From an uncultured Bacteroidales bacterium (lineage in GTDB: Bacteria; Bacteroidota; Bacteroidia; Bacteroidales; Bacteroidaceae), in assembly GCA_937916465.1 (NCBI GenBank), contig CALFTK010000021.1:35297-99296 (forward strand): a DNA stretch of 64,000 nucleotides, given 5' to 3'. Made by a program: the position numbers and the translations under genes. Every line of letters begins with the position of its first letter. Position 1 is the stretch's first letter. Shown here one piece after another: positions 10,887-21,234 of the stretch. The notes beneath the pieces are model-generated. The model saw nothing but the letters and a program-made list of their open reading frames with translations. It searched no databases and had not been told where the DNA came from.

Positions 10887-11693
10887 TTGTTCTTCCAACG
10901 CTTTCTTGTTGGAGTAGAATTTTACCGTATAGTAAATAAGTGCTGCCGATGCTATGGTAAATGCTATGGCAGTGGCTATCATTTTAGGGTCTGACATAGA
11001 GAGTTCTTCGCTACCACTACCTGTCCATTCGTATTTCATATCTAAAAATGCAAATGAATTGTTTACTATATGACCTACTATTGATGGCAACATACTGCCT
11101 GTCTGAACATACATCCAACCAAAGAAGATACCTCCTGCAAATGTAACTGGTATTTGAGCCGGATTCATGTGCACAAGTCCGAACAGTAAGGCTGAAATTA
11201 GTATTGCAAGCCAGGTGCGTTTGGTCGATTTTGTAAATTCATCTATCATTACTCGGCGGAAGATAACCTCCTCCAAAATCGGTCCTAATATGGCTATTGC
11301 TAAAAATCCCCAAATACTATCTGTCATAGATTTAAACTGTTCTGCCAAAATATCAGGTAGTTGCATTGTTGCGTTTATGATGTTCAGTACCATCATTACG
11401 CAATAAACCATAGGAATAGATATCAGCAGGATCTTTCCGGGAACTTTTTTTACCAATTCTGCAGGCTTTACATATTTTAGAGCCCATAGAATAAGGAAAG
11501 TCATAACAGAACTGAGTATAAGCCCCCATATAACAATGTTGGTCATCTCTTCTGTATAGAGTGCCTGAATGTTCTCTACGCTTGGTGATTCTAACTGTGA
11601 TACTTTGGGCATTACTACAAATAATATTGCCAATCCGGTACCAACTAATTGCATTACAATGAATAGCAGGAATGAAATGATTGATTTCTTCAT
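10881..11693 (-). CDS. CPBP-family (CAAX) intramembrane metalloprotease
   Basis: 270-aa polytopic protein carrying EEVIFRRV, FGLVHMN and HIVNN motifs. Confidence 0.75.
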   Translation of the reverse strand: MKKSIISFLLFIVMQLVGTGLAILFVVMPKVSQLESPSVENIQALYTEEMTNIVIWGLILSSVMTFLILWALKYVKPAELVKKVPGKILLISIPMVYCVMMVLNIINATMQLPDILAEQFKSMTDSIWGFLAIAILGPILEEVIFRRVMIDEFTKSTKRTWLAILISALLFGLVHMNPAQIPVTFAGGIFFGWMYVQTGSMLPSIVGHIVNNSFAFLDMKYEWTGSGSEELSMSDPKMIATAIAFTIASAALIYYTVKFYSNKKALEEQL

Positions 11694-11695
11694 AA

Positions 11696-12622
11696 TTATA
11701 TTTTTGATTTGATAATTACTTTTGCAGTCTCTTTATCTTTTGCCAATTGTAAGGCAAGTTCTGAAGGTGAACAGAATTTTTTCTCCGGACGTATATAACT
11801 AACAAACTGAAGTGTAAGCGGTTGGAAGTATATGTCTTTTGAAAAATCTATAATGTGGGCCTCTATTGTACGGTTGCCTTCTCCGTTAAATGTTGGCCTG
11901 AATCCAATATTTAACATTGCAGGGTAACTTTTGCCTTCTACCGTAGCAATAGCAGCATATACGCCATTGGCAGGTATCTGCATTAAATCACAATAAGGAC
12001 CAAGATTGGCGGTGGGGAAGCCCATTTTTCTGCCGTTTTGCAGTCCGTGAACAACTGTGCCGCTTATAGAATACTTATAGCCCAACATTTCGTTGGCTTT
12101 CTCTATGCTGCCATTTGCAAGTGCGCGGCGAATTCGGGAACTGCTTATGGGGCTGGAATCATATAGAAGAGCTGATGCTCCTATAACCTCCATGCCTATT
12201 TCATTACCAATAATCTTGTAGTCTTCAATATTGGTACCCTTTTCGCATCCAAAGTGGTGGTCATGACCAACAAGCAGAGCCTTTACACCTAATCTTTTCT
12301 GCAAGAAAGATTCCATAAAGGTGCGGGCATTCATTTGTGACAGCTTTTTTGTAAAATGCAGTGGAAAGCACAAATCGGCTACAGTCTCTTCCAATCTTGC
12401 TATCTTATCTTCCGGAGTAGATAGCAACAATGGTCTGTAATCGGTTTGAAGAATCTGTCGGGGATGTTCAGGAAATGTAACCACCATACTTTTTAGATTA
12501 CGTTCTTCTGCTATCTGAGCCAACTGATCTATCAAGTTCAAATGCCCCAAGTGGACTCCGTCAAAGAAACCCACTGTTGCGGCAATTCCGTTATCTGAAT
12601 TTTGAATACTTTCTATTGTCAT
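11696..12622 (-). CDS. ribF: Bifunctional riboflavin kinase / FMN adenylyltransferase
   Basis: 308 aa with the GFFDGVHLGH nucleotidyltransferase motif and the GFPTANL kinase motif. Confidence 0.9.
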   Translation of the reverse strand: MTIESIQNSDNGIAATVGFFDGVHLGHLNLIDQLAQIAEERNLKSMVVTFPEHPRQILQTDYRPLLLSTPEDKIARLEETVADLCFPLHFTKKLSQMNARTFMESFLQKRLGVKALLVGHDHHFGCEKGTNIEDYKIIGNEIGMEVIGASALLYDSSPISSSRIRRALANGSIEKANEMLGYKYSISGTVVHGLQNGRKMGFPTANLGPYCDLMQIPANGVYAAIATVEGKSYPAMLNIGFRPTFNGEGNRTIEAHIIDFSKDIYFQPLTLQFVSYIRPEKKFCSPSELALQLAKDKETAKVIIKSKI

Positions 12623-12722
12623 AATACCTTTAAAGGATGTGCAAAATTAAGCATACTGATTTATTTAAAGACATAACTGCAAAAATATTTTTAGAAAACT
12701 TGTCAGTTTGAACTACTTGCTT

Positions 12723-12730
12723 TATCTTTG
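12723..12730 (+). promoter_or_regulatory. -7 promoter box (TATCTTTG) upstream of the tRNA
   Basis: TAnnTTTG match about 40 nt upstream of the tRNA 5' end. Confidence 0.4.
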
Positions 12731-12771
12731 CACTCGAAAACAGAACCAAAATTGTTTTGGTGAGGTTTCAC

Positions 12772-12845
12772 GGGCTTTTAGCTCAGTCGGTTAGAGCAAC
12801 AGACTCATAATCTGGAGGTCCTAGGTTCAAGTCCTAGATGGCCCA
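12772..12845 (+). tRNA. tRNA with CAT anticodon (tRNA-Met; a lysidine-modified tRNA-Ile2 cannot be excluded)
   Basis: Hand-folded cloverleaf. Acceptor GGGCTTT/ATGGCCC has one T-T mismatch and one G-T pair. D stem is GCTC/GAGC, the anticodon loop is CTCATAA, the T arm is CTAGG-TTCAAGT-CCTAG, and the discriminator is A. No CCA is encoded. Confidence 0.85.
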
Positions 12846-12846
12846 C
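12827..12846. repeat. 20-bp direct repeat, copy 1 (3' end of the tRNA, tcaagtcctagatggcccac)
   Basis: Identical to 12982-13001 by direct reading. Confidence 0.95.
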
Positions 12847-12850
12847 TTAA

Positions 12851-12880
12851 GAAAACTGCTACGGCAGTTTTCTTTTTTTT
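12851..12880 (+). terminator. Rho-independent terminator after the tRNA
   Basis: Stem gaaaactgc/gcagttttc with a 4-nt loop, followed by a run of 8 T. Confidence 0.6.
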
Positions 12881-12901
12881 ATGTTCTAGGACTTTCACCT
12901 A

Positions 12902-12983
12902 CGGTTATCTCCTTCGTTTTACGTTTGCACCGGCTTTGCCGACAGCAAACACGAAGTCGATGGGTCTCTTCGAGACAAATCTC
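12902..12983. repeat. 82-bp direct repeat, copy 1 (left island boundary)
   Basis: Reads identically to 25843-25924 (cggttatctccttcgttttacgtttgcaccggctttgccgacagcaaacacgaagtcgatgggtctcttcgagacaaatctc). Confidence 0.95.
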
Positions 12984-13001
12984 AAGTCCTAGATGGCCCA
13001 C
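12982..13001. repeat. 20-bp direct repeat, copy 2 (orphan tRNA 3' end; attR-like scar)
   Basis: Identical to 12827-12846 and followed by its own terminator hairpin. Confidence 0.9.
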
Positions 13002-13011
13002 ATTAAAAATC

Positions 13012-13044
13012 AAGCAGTTACGAATTTTCGTAACTGCTTTTTTC
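13012..13044 (+). terminator. Rho-independent terminator following the orphan tRNA 3' fragment
   Basis: 13-bp stem aagcagttacgaa/ttcgtaactgctt with a 2-nt loop, followed by a T-run. Confidence 0.6.
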
Positions 13045-13333
13045 TTTATCTGCGTAAACGATGCGTAAACAAACTGTTTGAGTTAGGCTATGAAATGACA
13101 TGATACATATAAAGAATCAACAACTATCATATTATTGTCTCCTGTAAAGTAAGTGAAGAAAAAACGTCTGTGTAGTCATTTAATGGAATTCTATCTTACA
13201 TATAAATCATTTATATGGTTGACACTATGAATATTTCATATTGTTTCGAGGAATAAAGTGAAATAAATTCACTAAAACTCTATTTTGCTGCTTCTTTTTC
13301 TTGAAAAATTAATAAGTATAGCGAATAATTTAC

Positions 13334-13341
13334 TATTTTTG
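13334..13341 (+). promoter_or_regulatory. -7 promoter box (TATTTTTG) for the island operon
   Basis: TAnnTTTG match 22 nt upstream of the ATG at 13363. I found no other such box before hsdS. Confidence 0.45.
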
Positions 13342-13353
13342 TAACAAACAATT

Positions 13354-13578
13354 GTGAATAACATGGAAGTAGTAAGAGACTTAAATCGCTTGAAAGTAAT
13401 TTTGGCTGAGAAAAAAAAGACAAACAAATGGTTGGCTGAACAATTGGGGTGTGCGCCAACCACCGTCTCTAAATGGTGCACAAATTCCTCTCAGCCTTCC
13501 TTGGAAATGATTGAGAGAATCGCTATTCTGCTAGACATAGATTATACGGAACTTATTAGAATAGACAGGAAATCATGA
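13354..13578 (+). CDS. XRE-family helix-turn-helix transcriptional regulator (C-protein-like controller?)
   Basis: About 71-74 aa with the HTH core KTNKWLAEQLGCAPTTVSKWCTNSSQPSLEMIERIAILL. The real start is probably the ATG at 13363. The stop overlaps the next gene's start (ATGA). Confidence 0.85.
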   Translation: MNNMEVVRDLNRLKVILAEKKKTNKWLAEQLGCAPTTVSKWCTNSSQPSLEMIERIAILLDIDYTELIRIDRKS

Positions 13579-14426
13579 GGGATAAAAACACTTTTACCAT
13601 TCATACAGAGCTTCTTGGTGGTAAACTCAATGGGGCAAGAAATATATATATGGGTGCGAATTCCACCTGTCATCTTTATGTAATTCCTCGTGAAGAGATT
13701 ACATTAGCCAATGCAATCAATGACATTTCTGGTCAGCCAGCCTTCTATATTTTGCTTAGTTCCCTTGACGCAAAGAGGAAACAGGCTTATATTGGTCAAA
13801 CGACAGATTTCGCAAATAGAAAAAATGATCATGTGCAAAAGAAAGATTTCTGGAACATAGCCCTTATCTTTATTTCAGATAATCATAAAATTTATGGTGA
13901 CGATGTGAAATATTTGGAGTATCTAGGTATTGAAGCAGCACAAAATGCTGGCTCATTCGAGTTGTTGAATGGTATCAATCCTAAAAGACCAAACATTGCT
14001 CCCTATCGTATAAATGATATGGAAGTATTCTTCCGTGACATTCAGTTGTTATGTAATTTTTATGGCTGTAATATTTTTGAAACTATCACGTATAAAGAAA
14101 CAAAAGAGCATTTATATTTTGTCGAATCCATAGATCGACCTGCACAAGGTCGTGGATTCTACGATGAGAAACATGGTAAATTCATTTTGTTAGAAGGAAG
14201 TATCATTGCAAATGAGGTTGTGAAAAGTTTTAAGTCCATTTCATTTCGTAATCAGTTTATTAAAGAACATTGTAAAAAAGATAAGGGACAAATAGTACTC
14301 CTTAATGATATATCTTTTGACACTCCTAGTGGTGCTTCTAGTCTTGTTTTAGGTCGTCCAAGTAATGGGTGGAGCGATTGGAAGGATGCAGAAGGAAAGA
14401 AGCTTAGTGATATAATTAAAAGATAA
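13575..14426 (+). CDS. GIY-YIG nuclease-like protein with a C-terminal DUF4357-like domain
   Basis: 283 aa. FYILL...(12 aa)...YIGQTTDFANRKNDH...W...YLEYLGIE...N matches the GIY-YIG / Arg / Glu / Asn pattern. The C-terminal TPSGASSLVLGRPSNGWSDWK resembles the DUF4357 signature. Confidence 0.7.
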   Translation: MRDKNTFTIHTELLGGKLNGARNIYMGANSTCHLYVIPREEITLANAINDISGQPAFYILLSSLDAKRKQAYIGQTTDFANRKNDHVQKKDFWNIALIFISDNHKIYGDDVKYLEYLGIEAAQNAGSFELLNGINPKRPNIAPYRINDMEVFFRDIQLLCNFYGCNIFETITYKETKEHLYFVESIDRPAQGRGFYDEKHGKFILLEGSIIANEVVKSFKSISFRNQFIKEHCKKDKGQIVLLNDISFDTPSGASSLVLGRPSNGWSDWKDAEGKKLSDIIKR

Positions 14427-14436
14427 AAGTATTAAT

Positions 14437-15720
14437 ATGACAGCAATTGTAGGTACTATAAATCGAAGAGGTGTTGCATTTGCAGCAGATAGTGCAGCAA
14501 CACATACTGTATCTTCTAAGCATAAGATTACAAATCATGCTAATAAGATTTTTGAATTATCAAGGCGACATCCTGTAGGTGTTTGTATTTGTGGGAATCT
14601 AGATTTTTTAGGAATGCCTTGGGAGGATATTTTCAAGTTGTTTAGAAAAGAACTGGGAAAAACTTCATGCGCAAATCTCAAAGAATATCCTACCATGTTT
14701 TTTGAATTTGTGAAAACTCATATAATGTCTCATTTGTTAGAAGATCAAACAACAAATCTTAGAGTCATAGTAAATGGTTTCTGGCAAGAAATTATAGATA
14801 TTTCAAGCAAAGAATTGAAAGAGGCTAGTAAAGATACATCGGAAGAGAATTTGTTCTGTAAGATACAAGAGAAACTGATTTATTTCGAAAATATATATTC
14901 TCCTATTAATATCAATAAGTGTGCAGATTTTGAAGATTATACAATAGATGAATTTACAAGTTATGCAACGGAAATCATTGAAGATGTGCTAAAAGAACCT
15001 TTGAACTCTCATTTGTGTCCTAAAGATTTCTTGAAGCAGTTTACCCAAGCTTTATATAACATCATTGTCTCCACTGTTCATGTTTATCTTGTTAACTCTG
15101 AAATTATTTTCTGGGGATATGGTGAAGAAGATTTGTTTCCTTCATATTTCTCTTTTATCATAAGTTCTGCTTTTGATGGGAGAATAAAATTTACCAATAA
15201 GAGTGCATATGTTGTATCAAACATCAATAATGCGTGCGTTGAGCCATTTGCACAGACAGATGTTGCCAACACAGTGGTAAGAGGCATAGATGACGATCTT
15301 CGCAAAAAGTTTTATGACAGCTATAAAGCATCAATAACCGTTTTTAGAGATGAAATCATATCTCAATTAGACTCTGCCGGAGCGCCTGAAGTCTTAAAAG
15401 ATGCATTGCTAAAAATTGACCTGGAAAATTATACAAACTTATATGTTCAAGGTATGGATCTGTATATTCAGGACAATTATATTGCGAAATTAGTTAACAC
15501 AGTGTCATACTTGAGTAAGGAAGATTTGGCGGATATGGCCGAAAGTCTTGTTCGAATGACATATTTAAAACGGCGCATAACATCAGAAGAAGAAAGTGTG
15601 GGAGGACCTGTTGATGTAGCTGTGATAACTAAAGGAGATGGTTTCGTTTGGTTAAAAAGAAAGCATTATTTTTCTGCAGAGTTAAATCCACATTATTTTG
15701 AACGCACCAATATAGATTAG
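14437..15720 (+). CDS. Proteasome-beta/HslV-like Ntn-hydrolase homologue with large helical insertions (uncharacterised)
   Basis: 427 aa. MTAIVGTINRRGVAFAADSAAT places Thr directly after Met and Asp 16 residues later, as Thr1/Asp17 in proteasome beta subunits. NKIFEL supplies a Lys33-like lysine, followed by VGVCICGNLD. The C-terminal SVGGPVDVAVITKGDGFVWL resembles the SGG...kdG end of beta subunits. Confidence 0.55.
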   Translation: MTAIVGTINRRGVAFAADSAATHTVSSKHKITNHANKIFELSRRHPVGVCICGNLDFLGMPWEDIFKLFRKELGKTSCANLKEYPTMFFEFVKTHIMSHLLEDQTTNLRVIVNGFWQEIIDISSKELKEASKDTSEENLFCKIQEKLIYFENIYSPININKCADFEDYTIDEFTSYATEIIEDVLKEPLNSHLCPKDFLKQFTQALYNIIVSTVHVYLVNSEIIFWGYGEEDLFPSYFSFIISSAFDGRIKFTNKSAYVVSNINNACVEPFAQTDVANTVVRGIDDDLRKKFYDSYKASITVFRDEIISQLDSAGAPEVLKDALLKIDLENYTNLYVQGMDLYIQDNYIAKLVNTVSYLSKEDLADMAESLVRMTYLKRRITSEEESVGGPVDVAVITKGDGFVWLKRKHYFSAELNPHYFERTNID

Positions 15721-15722
15721 TA

Positions 15723-15899
15723 ATGATTACAATATATAGTGAAAAGAAAGAAGTTCGTAATAATGCTATGCCATCACAAATGAAAGGTGGTGTAGGTGTA
15801 GAATCCGTCATGCCCGTTTCTTTGTTGAAAATGCGTGAACTTGTAAAAAAGAACTTGGATGCCGTTAAAATAGAATGGCAAAATGAAAAACAAAAATAA
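15723..15899 (+). CDS. 58-aa small ORF (hypothetical), below the track cutoff
   Basis: My translation is MITIYSEKKEVRNNAMPSQMKGGVGVESVMPVSLLKMRELVKKNLDAVKIEWQNEKQK. The ATG lies 2 nt after the upstream stop and the ORF ends 20 nt before hsdR, exactly filling the gap. Confidence 0.35.
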   Translation: MITIYSEKKEVRNNAMPSQMKGGVGVESVMPVSLLKMRELVKKNLDAVKIEWQNEKQK

Positions 15900-15919
15900 G
15901 GAACATAAAATGCCAATCC

Positions 15920-20070
<4,151 letters not shown>

Positions 20071-20074
20071 AGGT

Positions 20075-21229
20075 ATGGAAAACAATATAGTCATATCGAT
20101 GGAGCAACAGTTTGGCGAAGTTGTTGATATTATTCTTCAACATAAAAGCCGTGCATCTAAAGTCGTAAATGATGAATTGCTTCTTACGGCTTGGCATGTA
20201 GGTGGCTATGTTTCAGCCAAACTAAAAAGCGAAGAATGGGGAAGCAAAGTTGTATCTCAGTTATCAGAATATATACGTTCTCAGCATCCCGATATAAAAG
20301 GATATGGACGTAGCAGTATCTACAATATGGTTATGTTCTATGAAGAATACTCATCAGAAACTTTTGCTTTAACTGTAGAACGATATCTGAATTCCGAATT
20401 CGTCCAGCCAACAATTGGACAAATTGAAAGGTCATCAATTGTATCAAGCGATGAAGCAAATATAATAGTGCAGGCAGCATCCGCACAAATTGTCCAACCA
20501 TTGGCTGGACAAATGCCTAAAATATTGGAATTGACAACGTTTACAAATCACATTGAGATTCTTTGTCGATGCAAAAGCAATGAAGAACGATTGTTCTATA
20601 TTCTTTATGCTAACAAAGAACGTTTGGTTAAACGAGAACTTCAACGTTGCATTTCCAATCAGACTTATTCTACGCTGTTGGGTAGCAAAAATAACATGTC
20701 AAAAGGTTTGCTTGAAACATATCCCAATGCACCTGTAATGTTCAAGGACACGTTGTTTGTTGACTTTCTTAATTTACCGAAGAAGCATAGTGAAACAAAG
20801 CTAAAAAACAGTTTGGTGGAAAACATGAAGCAGTTTATCCTTGAATTGGGAAAGGACTTCATCTCTATGGACCAAGAATACAGACTTCAAGTTGGTGCAT
20901 CGACATATAAAGCGGACTTGCTGTTTTATCATCGTGGTTTGCAAGCTCTGGTAGCAGTAGAACTTAAAAAGACAAAGTTTCATCCAAGAGACCTCGGACA
21001 ATTGGAGTTCTATTTGGAGGCCCTTGACAGAGACGTGAAGCGTTCCAATGAGAATCCATCTATTGGAATCATTCTTTGTCCTGAAGCCGATCGTGTGGTA
21101 GTGGAATATGCCATGAGTCGTAGTATGAGCCCTACAATGATAGCTGAATATAAGCGTATCCTCATTCCGCAGGAGCGCTTGCAACAGCAACTTGATGAAT
21201 TTTGTAATGTATTTCTAACTAAAAAATAA
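20075..21229 (+). CDS. DUF1016 / YhcG-family PD-(D/E)xK nuclease-like protein
   Basis: 384 aa. The N-terminal region (SKVVNDELLLTAWHVGGYV...WGSKVVSQLSEYI) and the C-terminal core (DLLFYHRGLQALVAVELKKTKF) are typical of YhcG. Confidence 0.7.
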   Translation: MENNIVISMEQQFGEVVDIILQHKSRASKVVNDELLLTAWHVGGYVSAKLKSEEWGSKVVSQLSEYIRSQHPDIKGYGRSSIYNMVMFYEEYSSETFALTVERYLNSEFVQPTIGQIERSSIVSSDEANIIVQAASAQIVQPLAGQMPKILELTTFTNHIEILCRCKSNEERLFYILYANKERLVKRELQRCISNQTYSTLLGSKNNMSKGLLETYPNAPVMFKDTLFVDFLNLPKKHSETKLKNSLVENMKQFILELGKDFISMDQEYRLQVGASTYKADLLFYHRGLQALVAVELKKTKFHPRDLGQLEFYLEALDRDVKRSNENPSIGIILCPEADRVVVEYAMSRSMSPTMIAEYKRILIPQERLQQQLDEFCNVFLTKK

Positions 21230-21234
21230 CTGTC

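Noticed and set aside
12847-12981. The 135 bp between the two 20-bp tRNA-end repeats as an intact mobile element.
   Set aside because: It is far too small to encode anything. It holds only a terminator and the 82-bp repeat. I treat it as a scar or remnant and discuss it in the island-boundary finding.
12838-13068. 76-aa plus-strand ORF from the track (MAHLRKLLRQ...).
   Set aside because: It begins inside the tRNA 3' end and runs through two terminator hairpins, the 82-bp repeat and the orphan tRNA fragment. The reading frame is accidental.
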